From: Reclinomonas americana ATCC 50394
Taxonomy: Eukaryota
NCBI GenBank assembly: GCA_048213135.1
Contig: PS015379.1
Span: forward strand, 1 to 34,143
Direction of reading: 5' to 3'
Length of the DNA stretch: 34,143 nt
The notes beneath the pieces are model-generated. The model saw only the letters and a program-made list of their open reading frames with translations. It was not told the origin of the DNA and made no database searches. The position numbers and the translations under genes were made by a program. Shown here piece by piece: positions 1-13,261 of the stretch (position 1 is the first letter of the stretch; the number at the start of each line of letters is the position of its first letter).

Positions 1-2850
1 TGGAGGGCCTGTGCCGCACCATTGCCACCTCATTGACGACGCTGTGCGCCATTCTCGACCCGGCGTCGGGCAAGCTGGACGAGTCGGGTCCGGTGCTGGA
101 GGTGACGCTGCGCTACGACGCGCAGGTCGACACGGAGCCGAACGAGGACTTTGCCGAGTTTGCACCCTACGTGCAAGAGTATCGTGCGTGCACTTTCTTC
201 CCCCTTTCCTTGTCTTCCATCACTTTGGCTCACCCCCCACCCTTTGCCTTGTGTTCATCGCAGGTGACGGCAAGCCGAGTGTGCAGGGTCGTGTGCTGAG
301 CTGGCTGGACGATTTCCGCCATGTGGCCACTCTGCTGGGCAGCCGCCTCGACACGGGCGAGGGCGACTATCTGCCGGAGGTGGAGACCGATGCCACCATT
401 CAAAAACTGACGAGCGACATTCAGCGCCTGCTCGACACCAACATTGGGCAGTGCAAGGCCTTCCGCTCCTCCTTCATTCAGTTCTCCTTCTTGTGGATCA
501 AGAACGACGAGGAGAGCTTCCAGGAGTTTTACGAGACGGCGCCGAAGGAGTCACCAAACTCGGAGGAGCCGTCGCTGGAGGCGTTTGAGGAGAAGATTGC
601 GCACTACGAGGGCCTGCTCAAGCAGATTCACGTCCTCAAGAAGGCCACCGACATTGGCTGGCTGCGCGTGGATGCCTCGCCGCTGAAGAGCACGCTGGCC
701 ACTCTGTGTGCCAAGTGGCGTGCCGACTACACCGAGCACTTGTCGAGCCGCGTGCAGAACACGCTCGACGAGCTGGCCGAGTTCATGGAGACCGTCAGCC
801 GCGGCATCTCTGTCGACGTGCCCGACAACAACCTCGCCGTGTTGAAGGAGGTCATGGGCCACATTCGCCAGGTGCTCAAGCGCGAGGAGGCGATTGAGAC
901 CATGTGGGAGCCGCTGAAGAATATTGGTGAGTTTTATTTTTTTCACTAGGAGTGTGGATATGGTGGTGATGCTGATGGAACGGTTGGTGGTGTGCAGTCA
1001 ATTTCTTGAAAAAGTGCAACTCGCCCGTGCCCGACGTGGTGTACACGCAACTGGAGAACTACCCGCAGCAGTGGAACAAGCTGAAGACTCGCGTGCTGAA
1101 CAAGCGTGCCGAGCTCAGCCCGCTGCAGGACAAGGAGGCGGAGAAGATCAAGGTGTCAGTGGATGTGTTTGCCGAAAAGGTCACGGCGTTCCGCCGCAAG
1201 TTCGAGCAGGACGCACCGTTCGACTGGAATGTCGGCGTCGACAGGGCCTACGATGCTCTCGACGTGCAGCAACAGCAATTGGTGCGCATGGAACGCGAGA
1301 ATGAGGAGCTGAAGAACTTGCAGGGCCTCTTTGGTCTGTCGCCCACCGACTTCCGCTCGCTCAAGGTCTGTGTCATCCTGCCCCTTCCACTTTTCTCTTC
1401 TTTTTCTCATCCTATTTTTCTGTCTGGCGCAGATGTGCCGCTCGGATCTGGTCAACCTCAAGCAAGTGTGGGACATGTCGGCGCTGGTCAAGAACCAGTT
1501 CGACTCGTGGATGCTCACCGCGTTCAAGAACGTGGAGGTCGACTCGCTGACGGAGGAGACGCGCAAGCTGCAACTGCTGATGCGCGCCTTCAACAAGGAG
1601 ATCAAGAGCTACAACGTCTACAACGGCCTCGACGCGGAGGTGCAGAACATGCTCACCGCCCTGCCGCTGATTTCCGATCTGCGCAACCCCGCAATGCGAG
1701 CGCGCCACTGGAAGCAGCTGCTGACCGAGACCAACAAGACTGGCAGTTGCGCTCCAATAGTCTCCCTCATTCCTCCGTTTCCATCCTCCCTTCTCACTCG
1801 CCTCGCCTCCTGCAGCCATCAACCCGGATGCCGACGACTTTTGCCTGCAGCAACTCATCGACCTGGGCCTGCACGAGTACGTGGAGGAAGTGTCGACGAT
1901 TGTCGACAAGGCCATGAAGGAGCTGGCCATTGAGAAGAATCTGCAAAAGATCAAGGACGCGTGGGCCATCCTCGTCTTCGAGTACGAAGAGAGCGATGAG
2001 CTCAAGGTGCACCTCATGAAGCTCTCGGACGAAATCATGGAGGCCGTCGAGGAGCATCAAGTTGCGTCGCGCCGCCTATTGCATGTGAATCCATTTTTGG
2101 CTGACCCTCTGCTGTTTTTGTAGATGATGCTGCAAGGCATGGCTGGCAGCCGCAATGTCGAGTTCTTCGAGAAGGAGGTGACCAAGTGGTCCAACATTGT
2201 CGGCGCTGTCGATGAGGGCATTCGCCTGTGGACCAACGTGCAGGGCAAGTGGTCCAACCTGTACCCCATTTTCGTGCTGTCGGCCGATATTCGGTTTGTG
2301 TGTCTGCTATTGCCGTCATTGTGGTCGACCTCGTGACTGACTCTCCTCTTTTACATGCGTGTGCAGTGAGCAATTGCCCGAGGACTCGCGCCGATTCGAA
2401 GGCATTGATCGCGTGTTCCGCGACATTATGCAGCAGGCCAAGAGCGTCACCAACGTTGTCGAGGCCTGTGCCGAGGACACCATTCAGCGCAAGATGAACT
2501 CGAGCAAGGACTTTATGACCCTGCTACGCGAGATGGAGGCGGAGTTGGAGAAGTGCGAGAAGGCCTTGGCCGACTACCTGGAGACGAAGCGCAAGATCTT
2601 CCCGCGCTTCTACTTTGTGTCACCTGCCGATCTGGTCGACATTCTGTCCAAGGGCAGCACGCCGCATCTCATTATGCGCCACATTGGCAAGCTCGTCGAC
2701 TCGCTCGACACGCTCATCTTCCAGTCGGTGCCGGAGGGCGCCGAGCCGTCCAAGATCGCCATTGGCATGATCTCCAAGGAAGGCGAAGAGGTGTGTACCG
2801 CTGTGATGGTGGAGGGACCGTGGTGTGCTTAACTCTCGTCACTCATGCAC

Positions 2851-2884
<34 letters not shown>

Positions 2885-4339
2885 NNNNNNNNNNNNNNNN
2901 NNNNNNNNNNNNNNNNNNNNNNNNNNNNNNNNNNNNNNNNNNNNNNNNNNNNNNNNNNNNNNNNNNNNNNNNNNNNNNNNNNNNNNNNNNNNNNNNNNNN
3001 NNNNNNNNNNNNNNNNNNNNNNNNNNNNNNNNNNNNNNNNNNNNNNNNNNNNNNNNNNNNNNNNNNNNNNNNNNNNNNNNNNNNNNNNNNNNNNNNNNNN
3101 NNNNNNNNNNNNNNNNNNNNNNNNNNNNNNNNNNNNNNNNNNNNNNNNNNNNNNNNNNNNNNNNNNNNNNNNNNNNNNNNNNNNNNNNNNNNNNNNNNNN
3201 NNNNNNNNNNNNNNNNNNNNNNNNNNNNNNNNNNNNNNNNNNNNNNNNNNNNNNNNNNNNNNNNNNNNNNNNNNNNNNNNNNNNNNNNNNNNNNNNNNNN
3301 NNNNNNNNNNNNNNNNNNNNNNNNNNNNNNNNNNNNNNNNNNNNNNNNNNNNNNNNNNNNNNNNNNNNNNNNNNNNNNNNNNNNNNNNNNNNNNNNNNNN
3401 NNNNNNNNNNNNNNNNNNNNNNNNNNNNNNNNNNNNNNNNNNNNNNNNNNNNNNNNNNNNNNNNNNNNNNNNNNNNNNNNNNNNNNNNNNNNNNNNNNNN
3501 NNNNNNNNNNNNNNNNNNNNNNNNNNNNNNNNNNNNNNNNNNNNNNNNNNNNNNNNNNNNNNNNNNNNNNNNNNGGCCCAGATCCTTCGTCGTCTCCGTC
3601 TTGCCCGTACCGGCGGGACCGGCAGGCGCACCACCCTGTTGTTGTGGGGGAAAAGAAAGAAAGAGTGAGTTGCCGAAAAAAGTCACAAGTCTTCCACAAT
3701 CAAACGGTTGACACACCTGCACCAAGCGCAGCGCCTGCGTCAGGGTAATGTAGCAGCGATCGGTCAGCGGCGTAATGACCAGGCAACCGCAGTTGCCGAT
3801 GTACTCGTAGCCGTAGCGGAACTCGGCATCGGCCACCATGATGGTGCACTCGCGCAACTCATCATCCCAGGCCATGCGCAGCTGCGACTGCCACGCAAAC
3901 ACCAAGTGGTTCTCGGCGGCGTTGGTCACCAAGCTGGTGACCACATCACGAGCGTGCACCTCAATGGTGATCAGAGTGATGATCTTGCGGCGCTCGTCGC
4001 CAGTCAGCTCGCCACGGACCAGCGTGGCCAGCTTGCTCAGGTTCTCCACCTGCTGCTTGTTGTAGTCGCGGACGGCGTTGGCGTTGCCCTCCTCCTTCAT
4101 GCCGAACGCATTGTCGACATCGCGTGTCCACCAAATGCGCGACACGGCAGTGACAATCTGCGCCGGGTACGACTCCAGCCACGAGGCGAGGGCGGCCTCA
4201 CGCTCGGGCTCGGCGTACGAGGTGGCGGCATCGGCCAGAATTTGGCGCAGCGTGTCGGCAATGTGCGCAATCAGGCCGTTGAGCCAGTCCTCGACAGCTC
4301 CCTCACAGGTGAACGGGCTGCGGAACATGACCTGTGACC

Positions 4340-4431
<92 letters not shown>

Positions 4432-7400
4432 NNNNNNNNNNNNNNNNNNNNGAGTATCATTGCTCCCTCTATCTCTCTTTCTCTCTCTCCCCTTACTGTA
4501 AGTGTGCTGATTGCTGACACGCACACTCAGGGCTTTGAGGAGGCCAAGCCGCTGTCGAAGAAGTTTGTGACGCTGTACATGCTCAACCGCGAGCTGCTGT
4601 CCAAGCAGATTCACTACGATTGGGGTCTCCGTGCCGTCAAATCCGTGCTGGTCATTGCCGGTGGCTTGAAGCGTGCCGAGCCGTCGATTAGCGAGGACAA
4701 GATTCTCATGCGTGCCCTCCGTGACACCAACATGGCGAAGCTGTCGCGCGATGATGTGGAGATTTTCCGGTTTGTTGTTCTATGCTTCTTTTATTGTGTG
4801 CGTGCGTGTATGCGGCCTGCTTACCATCCCCCAATGCAGCGGTCTCATTTCGGATCTGTTCCCGGAGATGGAGCTGGCGCCGAAGCGTGACGTGGAGCTG
4901 GAGAATGCCATTCGCGAGGCCGTGACTGAGTCGCGGCTGCAGCCTGGCGAGCGCCGCGATGCTGGTGCTGTGGAGATGTTCATTCTCAAGGTGCTGCAGT
5001 ACAAGGAGCTGCTGGACGTGCGTCACTCGGTGTTCGTGCTCGGACCGGCCGGTGCCGCCAAGTCCGCCATGTGGCGCACCCTTGCCACGGTGCGTTTTTC
5101 TTGTGTTTCTCAAGTCTTGTGCATGTTTGTACTCTTGGCACTAACGTTTCTCTCTCACTTCCTCCTCCTCCCCCTCCCCACAACAGGCCATGACTCGCCT
5201 CGGACACCGTGTGGCCACTGCGATCATCAACCCGAAGGCTGTGAGCTCGGATGAGCTGTACGGCTACGTGCACAAGGCCACTGGCGAGTGGCGCGACGGT
5301 CTGCTCTCGGTGCAGATGCGTAACTTTGCCGACGACTCGAAGCGCAACAAGCATCCCAAGTGGATTGTGCTCGACGGTGACATTGATACCGAGTGGATTG
5401 AGTCGATGAACACTGTCATGGACGACAACAAGGTGTTGACGCTGGCCTCGAACGAACGCATTCCGCTCACGCCGTCGATGCGCATGGTCTTTGAAATCAG
5501 CCACCTCAAGAACGCCTCTCCCGCCACTGTGTCTCGTGCCGGTATTCTCTTTATCAACGAGACTGATGTGGGCTGGGGTCCGTTCAAGGACAGCTGGATT
5601 GACGAGCAGCCGGAGAAGCAGGTTTGTGTGTTGTTTGCTGTATTTGTGCTTTCCCTTTTTTTTCCGCTCACCACTCTCAATCCACCCGTGTAGCACTCGC
5701 TGCTGACTCGCCTGTTCGACACGTACGTGCCGGACACGCTGGAGTACGTGCAGAAGAACCTGAAGCACATTATCCCGGTGTCGGACTACATGATGGTGCA
5801 GACGCTCTGCTACTACCTGGAGGGCCTGCTGCGCATTGCACCCGCCAACATGTCCAACGAGCTGTTCGAGCACTACTTTGTGTTTGCGGCAGTGTGGGCT
5901 GTCGGCGGTGGCCTGGCGGAGGAGGGCGGCGTGAACCAACGCAACCTCTTCAGCAACTACTGGCGCAAGGAGTACTCGGGTGCTTCGGCGCCGGTCAAGT
6001 TCCCCGACGGCGGCACTGTGTTCGACTACTTTGTCGATCCGGAGCAGCAGAAGCTCCGCCCGTGGCAGGAGATTGTGCCCAAGTACGAGCACGCGGCTGG
6101 TGAGTGGCGCGTCTTCATGTTTCCCCCCCACCTTTCATTTCGTACTCACTCACTTTATCTCCTCCCCTTGCGTTGTGTATGCAGATGCTGCGTACTCGAG
6201 CATCTTTGTGCAGACGGCCGAGACGGTGCGCCTCGGTTTTGTCAGCAACCTGATGCTGAACCGTGAGGACCTCGGTCACCCGGTGATGTTTGTCGGCACG
6301 GCCGGCACAGGCAAGACGGCCATTATGCGCGACATTCTCAGTCGCTTCGACGAGGACACCAACATTTTCCGCCAGATCAACTTCAACTCGCAGACCGACT
6401 CGGCTACACTGCAAGTCATTCTCGAGCAGAACATTGAGAAGCAGGGCCGCACGTACGGCCCGCCTGGCCGCAAGAAGTGCATCTTCTTCCTGGACGACAT
6501 CAACATGCCGACGCCCGACAAGTACGGCACGCAGTCGTCCATTGCGCTGATTCGTCAGCACATGGACTACAGCTTCTGGTACGATCGCCAGAAGCAGGAG
6601 CAGAAGATTGTCAAGAACCTGCAATACGTGGCCTGCATGAACCCCAAGGCCGGCTCGTTCACCATTGACGAGCGCCTGCAGCGCCACTTTGCCGTACTGG
6701 CCGTCAACCCGCCAGAGGCCAGTGACTTGCGGGTGCGTCGAATTTTGTTCGTCTGTATTCTTTTTTGTCACCTCCCTCCTCACTGTATTCTTTATTGATA
6801 CAGACCATCTTCTCGCAAATCATGCGCGGCCACTTGAAGCCGTTCCAGCGCTCGGTGGCCGATCTGGCCGACCGCATGGTCGATGGCCTCATCTCGCTGC
6901 ACCAGCAAGTCGTCAAGAACTTTATCCCGACCTCGATCAAGTTCCACTACGTGTTCACGCTGCGCGAGATCTCGAACGTGTTCCAGGGCCTGTGTGCCAC
7001 TCGCGCACAGCAACACACCGACCCGATGATGCTTGTGCGCCTGTGGGCACACGAGGCCTTCCGCGTCTACTGCGATCGCCTGATCAACGAGAACGACTCG
7101 GATCGCTTTGTGGCGCTCATCACCGACACCCTCAAGGGCAGCTTCTCCGAGTTCCCGGTCGACCAGGTGCTGGCACGACCGCTCGTGTTCACGCAGTTCC
7201 TGAAGAAGACCGAGGGCAACGAGCCGGTGACGTGGCCGGTGGACTCGTACGACACGCTGCGTGCCGAGCTCGACTTGAAGCTCAACGAGTACAACGAGAA
7301 CCGCGCCGTCATGGAGCTCGAAATCTTCGAGCAGGCGCAGGAGCACGTGTGCCGCATCTCCCGCATCCTGTTCCAGCCTCGCGGTAACGCGCTGCTGGTC

Positions 7401-10400
7401 GGTGTCGGTGGTTCCGGCAAGCAGAGCTTGGCTCGCCTCGCCGCCTCCATCTGGGGCATGGATGTGTTCTCAATTGTCGTGCGCTCCGCCTACGGCATCA
7501 ACGATTTCAAGCTGGACATTAACCAGCTGTACCGCAAGGTCTGTTGTTTGTTTTCCCCTTCCCATGCGCGCGCCACACCCTCTCTCACCACTCACCACTT
7601 TGTTTTTTTCGTTTTGTATCTCAGGCTGCGCTCAAGCCCGGCACACCTCGAGTGTTCCTCATGAACGACTCGCAGATTGTCGACGAGCGCATGCTGGTCT
7701 ACGTCAACGACATGCTGTCCTCCGGCAACATTCCCGACCTGTTCACGCCTGAAGAGCGCGACGAGATTCTCGGCACGATGGCCAACGAGGTCAAGCAGCA
7801 ACAGGCTGGCGACTTCAACAACAAGGACGTGGTGTGGGAGTACTTTATCAACAAGGTCCGCAACAACGTCCACGTCGTGCTGGCCTTCTCGCCTGTCGGC
7901 GAGCAGTTCCGCGTCCGTTGCCGCAAGTTCCCGGCGCTGTCGTCGTGCACCGTCATTGACTGGTTCCACGCGTGGCCGTCGCAAGCCTTGGTGTCGGTCG
8001 CCAACCGTTTCCTCGGCAAGATCGACCTCGGAAGCACCGAGATGCGCGAGAAGATTGCCGAGGTTTGTTTGTTTGTTTGTGTTTCTACTCGAGTGTCGTG
8101 TAAGATTGTCATTCTAATCCCTCTCCCTTTTCCTCACAGTACATGGCCTTTGTGCACTCGTCGGTGGAGGACGCCAGTCGCGAGTATCTCGCCGTGCAGC
8201 GCCGCTTCAACTACACCACGCCAAAGAGCTTCCTGGAGCTCATTGTGCTGTACATGAGTCTGCTGACCAGCAAGCGTACCGATCTGGAGAAGAAGATTTA
8301 CCGCCTGGAGAGCGGTCTCTCGAAGCTGCTGTCGTCGTCCGACCAAGTCGCCGTGCTGCAAGAGGAACTCCGTCGCACTCAAGTGCGTGTCGAGGAGAAG
8401 AAGGTGGCCACGGACAAGCTGCTGGAGCGTGTGGGCCACGAGCGCAACATTGTGGAGAAGGAGGCCGCCATTGCCGATGTGGAGAAGCAGAAGACCATGG
8501 TGCTGGAGAAGGAGGCCACGGACTTTGCCGAGAGCGCCCGCGAGGATCTGGAGAAGACGGTGCCGATTGTGCAGCAAGCCTTGGCTGCGCTCGACACACT
8601 CAACAAGAAGAGCATCGATATTCTCAAGTCGCTGGGCAAGCCGCCGCAGGATGTGCAGGATGTCGCCATTGCTGTGCTGCTGCTGTCGAGCCAGGGCCCG
8701 GTGCCGAAGAACCCGACCTGGAACGACGCGCGTAAGATGATGGGCAACCCCGTGCAATTCCTGCAGATGCTGCAGTCGGAGTTCGATATTGACCACATTC
8801 CGCAAGCCAACGTGGACGCCGTGGAGACGTACGTTGTTCGCGACACGTTCGAGCCGGAGGTGGTCGCCACCAAGTCCGGCGCTGCTGGCGGTCTCTGCTC
8901 GTGGGTCATCAACATTGTCAAGTACCACAAGATCAACCTCGAGGTCGCTCCGCTCAAGGCCAAGTTGGCGGAGGCCCAGGAGAGGCTCTCTGTTGCCCAG
9001 GCGTCGCTGCAAAAGTGCGTCGACCACGTGAATGCGCTGCAGGCGCAGCTCGACACGCTGTTGGCCGAGTACGAGGAGGCGCGCCAGGAGAAGCTCAACA
9101 TTGAGCGACAGGCGCAGGAAACGGCCGACAGTCTCGACCTGGCCGAGCGTCTTGTGAATGGTCTGTCGGGTGAGCGTGTGCGCTGGGCCGCAGCCATTGA
9201 CGAGTTCAAGGCCAGCCGTGAGACGCTGACGGGTGACGTGCTGCTGGCGGCTGCGTTCCTGTCGTACATTGGACCCTTCTCTCGCCGTTTCCGTGAGGTT
9301 TGTGCTTTTCACGTCTCTCTCTCTACTCTTGTCGTCATTCACTCACTCTATCACTCGCTTGCTCTCCCCTTTCCATCCGCAGTCACTGCTACAAGAAAAG
9401 TGGATTCCGACCATCTTCCAGCGCGGCATTCCCACCACACCGGAAATGGATCCGCTGCTCGGTGTGCTCACCGACGAGGCCACAATTGCCAAGTGGACCA
9501 ATCAGGCGCTGCCGGCCGATCGCATCTCGCAAGAGAACGGCGCCATTGTCACCAACTGCAAGCGCTGGCCTCTGCTCATTGACCCGCAGCTGCAAGGCGT
9601 GCGCTGGGTCAAGAACATGGAGGCCGCCAACGAGCTCAAGGTGCTGCAGCTCAGCAAGGGCAACTACATGCGCGACATGAAGATGGCGTTGCAGAACGGC
9701 AACCCGGTGCTGATTGAGAACCTGGGTGAGACGATTGACGCCGTGCTGGATCCGATTGTGTCGCGCTCCATTATCAAGCGCGGCCGCAACGAGTACATCA
9801 AGCTCGGCGAGGAGGAGATTTCGTATCACCCCAAGTTCAAGCTGTACCTGCAGACCAAGCTGTCGAATCCGCACTACCGTCCCGAGATTCACGCGCAGAC
9901 GACGCTGGTGAACTTTATGGTCACGGAGGACGGTCTCGAGGACCAGCTGCTGGCCGTCGTCGTGAACAACGAGCGTCCGGAGTTGGAGCGTNNNNNNNNN
10001 NNNNNNNNNNNNNNNNNNNNNNNNNNNNNNNNNNNNNNNNNNNNNNNNNNNNNNNNNNNNNNNNNNNNNNNNNNNNNNNNNNNNNNNNNNNNNNNNNNNN
10101 NNNNNNNNNNNNNNNNNNNNNNNNNNNNNNNNNNNNNNNNNNNNNNNNNNNNNNNNNNNNNNNNNNNNNNNNNNNNNNNNNNNNNNNNNNNNNNNNNNNN
10201 NNNNNNNNNNNNNNNNNNNNNNNNNNNNNNNNNNNNNNNNNNNNNNNNNNNNNNNNNNNNNNNNNNNNNNNNNNNNNNNNNNNNNNNNNNNNNNNNNNNN
10301 NNNNNNNNNNNNNNNNNNNNNNNNNNNNNNNNNNNNNNNNNNNNNNNNNNNNNNNNNNNNNNNNNNNNNNNNNNNNNNNNNNNNNNNNNNNNNNNNNNNN

Positions 10401-11923
10401 NNNNNNNNNNNNTTACTTGGTGACTTACTTTTGTGTGTTTTTGGTGACAGGGCTGGAACCGCAGCTATCCGTTCAACTTTGGCGATCTGACCACTTGCGT
10501 GGCCGTCGTCAACAACTACCTCGATGAGCGACCAGTGCCATGGGAGGATCTCAGATACATTTTCGGCGAAATCATGTACGGCGGTCACATTACCGACGAC
10601 TGGGATCGCCGTCTGTGCATGACCTACCTGACGGTGAGCTGCTGAAGAAGAGGAGGAGGGTGGGGAAAAGATGCACAGAGACGGTGACTTACGCGGTGTG
10701 GTGCTGGTTTGCAGGAGTACATTCGCTCCGAGTTGGTGGACGGCAGCATGCAGTTCTTCGAGGGCTTCTCGCCACCCGCACCCGCGACGGCCACCATGGC
10801 CGAGTTCCGCGAGCACATTGATGTGGAGCTGGCGCAGGAGACCCCGAAGGCCTTTGGCTTGCCGCCGAACGCCGAAATCGGTTTCCGCACGACGCAGGGC
10901 GAGAACCTCTTCCGCAACATTATGGAACTGCAGCCGCGCGGTGGCAGCTCCAGTGGCGGCATCAGCGTCGTCGACAAGACGCGCGACATTCTCACCGAGA
11001 TCAACGAAGGCCTGCCACCGCAGTTCAACATGCTGGAGCTGGCCGAGCGCCTGGAGGAGCGCGACCCGTACCAGAATGTGTTCATGCAAGAGTGCGAACG
11101 CATGAACAAGCTGCTGAGCGAGATGAGGAGGTCGCTGGATGAGCTGGCCATGGGTCTTTCGGTTCGTTGCATAGAAGAGAAGAATAATATGTGTGTATCT
11201 GCCAGTGACTTACACTTCTCCACTCCACAGGGCGAACTGACCATGTCGGAGAAGATGGAGAAGCTGATGAACTCACTGTACTTGGACCGCATTCCGGAGT
11301 CGTGGGAGTCGGTGGCGTACGCCTCGCTGCGTCCGCTCGGCATGTGGGTGATCGATTTGCATGCTCGCCACACACAACTGGCCGACTGGGTGAACGAGTT
11401 GGCGATGCCCAAGGTCGTATGGCTGCCGGGCTTCTTCAATCCGCAGTCGTTCGTCACGGCCGTGCTGCAAGTGACGGCTCGCCGTCAGAAGCTGCCGCTG
11501 GACAAGATGATTCTGGTGACCGACGTCACGAAGAAGCAAGTGGACCAGATTGAGAGCGCGGCTCGTGAGGGCTGGTACGTGCACGGTCTGTTCCTGCAAG
11601 GCGCCGGCTGGGATCTGGCCGGTGGTGTACTGGAGGATGCGACTCTGAAGGGTGAGTGAGTGAGATTGAGAAACCAAGGCGGAGTCAATGTGTGTCTCAC
11701 TGTTTTGTGTTGCTGCTGAACAGAGCTGGCGCCCGCAATGCCGGTGATCCACGCGCGAGCTGTGTTTGTGGATGCGGCCGACTTCAAGGACTCGTACATG
11801 TGCCCGGTGTACAAGACACAAGAACGCGGCGCCACCTACGTGTGTACCGCCAATCTGAAGACCAAGGCAAAGGCGGCGAAATGGGTTCTGGCCGGCACTG
11901 CCTTGTTGTTGGATGGTGAGTGA
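1..11923 (+). CDS. DNAH9/11/17-like: Axonemal dynein heavy chain, outer-arm beta/alpha-type; 5'-partial, multi-exon, interrupted by gaps
   Basis: Hand-spliced exons: 1-183, 264-926, 998-1365, 1433-1745, 1816-2060, 2124-2293, 2367-2790, [inverted 4331-3717, 3635-3575], 4531-4769, 4840-5089, 5187-5621, 5694-6099, 6185-6732, 6804-7538, 7625-8062, 8140-9297, 9383-9991, gap, 10451-10633, 10715-11161, 11231-11651, 11724-11923. Every placed junction is GT-AG and in phase. Motifs: linker [38 protein letters not shown]2 [38 protein letters not shown]3 [11 protein letters not shown]4 [15 protein letters not shown]; coiled-coil stalk with MTBD; AAA5 [22 protein letters not shown]-terminus [29 protein letters not shown]. 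These match the outer-arm beta-type group as I recall it; the subfamily call needs a phylogeny. Confidence 0.96.
2855..2884. repeat. (CT)n microsatellite at a contig edge inside a dynein intron
   Basis: Pure CT run that ends at gap 2885-3574. Confidence 0.95.
3575..4331 (-). CDS. Two exons of the same dynein heavy chain (end of linker to AAA1 P-loop), reverse-oriented in the scaffold
   Basis: Minus strand reads cacag|[18 protein letters not shown]...[29 protein letters not shown] (4331-3717), then intron 3716-3636, then [20 protein letters not shown] (3635-3575). This continues directly from ...MISKEGEE at 2790. Confidence 0.95.
4347..4431. repeat. (GA)n microsatellite; reverse complement of the (CT)n at 2855-2884
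   Basis: Pure GA run that ends at gap 4432-4451. On the minus strand it leads into the acceptor ...tttgccttggtcacag. Confidence 0.95.
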
Positions 11924-12132
11924 TGGGTGGTGGTGTAGGTTCTTGTCATGTATTGTCTGCCGGTTGCTCATTGCCTCTCTCTTCTCTGTGCACAGCGTCG
12001 TAATCATGTCATGCGCGGCAACAGGAGAGATAGTGTTTTGTTTTTGTGTGTGTTTGATGTGATGGGAGAAAAACCTGATGAACAATTGTATCGCTTGCTT
12101 TCATTATTGTATATATGGATGGCATCGTCCGT

Positions 12133-13261
12133 TCACATCCAGCTGGTGATGGCTATCCGCGGTGCCGATCCCGCGGTGACGGCCAGCACCTCGTGGTCCA
12201 CCGCTCCACTGAGAAAGAGCAGCAGTCGACCGGCCACTGGCTCCACATCCACCTCGCCACCGCCCTGCGCCGGTGACAGGTACAGCCGCAGCTTGCCGCT
12301 GCTCTGCAACGCCGTGTGGTCGCCCAAGTACACAATCGCCGTCAGCCGGCGTTGCACAAAGTCCTCCTCGTCGTGCTCGTCGCCCACACTCGGCATGGCA
12401 TCACGATGCCGCTCGTACCGCGGCGCATGACTCACCCTGCCTACGTCGTACTCGTACAGCGCCAGCTGGATCTCGTGATGCCCGCGCAGTCGCAGCACCC
12501 GTCCCATCTCCTGTCGCACATCGGCCAGCACCCGCAACACCGGCGCCAGCAGCCGCACTGCCTCGTCGCTCTCGTTGTGATCCTCGAGCCAGCACATGAC
12601 ATCGTCGCGCGCGGTCGCATCGCGATACGGATCATCAGCGGCCTCGTCCTCGCCAACATGATCGCCCGCTGCTTTCGCGCGTGGAGGCTGCAGACGACCA
12701 CTGTCGCGCAAGTGCATCGCCACCGCACGCATCTCTGCAATCACCTCGGCCGACACTGCATCGTCCACCACCGTGTAGCCGCGTTCACGCAACTCGCTCA
12801 CATGCGCGTCGGAGATAATCGATGTCGACGACGGTGCAGGTGGATGGTCGCGTGTGAAGGCGTTCACGCACACTGCGCAGCGAGCATGTGAGAGAGGAAG
12901 GGAGGGAAGAGAAGGGAAGAGAGGACGCACCGAGATGCGGATCGTGCACTGCATCCAACATGCGCAGCAACTGCGTCTCGGTGATTGCCGACTCCTGCGG
13001 GTGTGCTGCTGCTGCTGCTGCTGCAGACGACGATGAGCCTCCTCCTCCTCCTGCTGCTGCTGCTGCTGCAGCGTATGCGTACTCTTCGTCGGCCTCTTCG
13101 GCCTCTGCCTCGGCCAGTGCCTGCAGTGGATCGTACTCTTCCCCTTCTTCTTCATCAAAGTCGTCGTCGTCCCACTGTGCCGCTGCAGCTGCTGCATCGT
13201 CGTCATCGTGGACCGCGGCGAATGCGTGAAGAATGCGCGTGGAGAGACCGGCACTTGCCAT
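12133..13261 (-). CDS. EGLN/PHD-like 2-oxoglutarate/Fe(II)-dependent dioxygenase (prolyl-4-hydroxylase-like) with an acidic, low-complexity N-terminus
   Basis: Exons 13261-12931 and 12872-12133; intron G|gtgcgt...cgcag. Motifs: LRERGYTVVDDAV, RDDVMCWL, YERHRD (HxD), RRLTAIVYL, GKLRLY, DVEPVAGRLLLF, DHEVL (distal His) and RIAITSW (2OG-binding Arg). The order and spacing are those of the EGLN/PPHD family. Confidence 0.88.

Noticed and set aside
4986-11457. Long antisense ORFs over the dynein (4986-6131, 8134-9342, 9389-11089 and others)
   Set aside because: They are shadows of GC3-biased sense codons and show no recognisable motifs.
11916-11923. G|gtgagt as a further dynein donor
   Set aside because: The in-frame TGA at 11921 falls where outer-arm dyneins normally end, just after ALLL.
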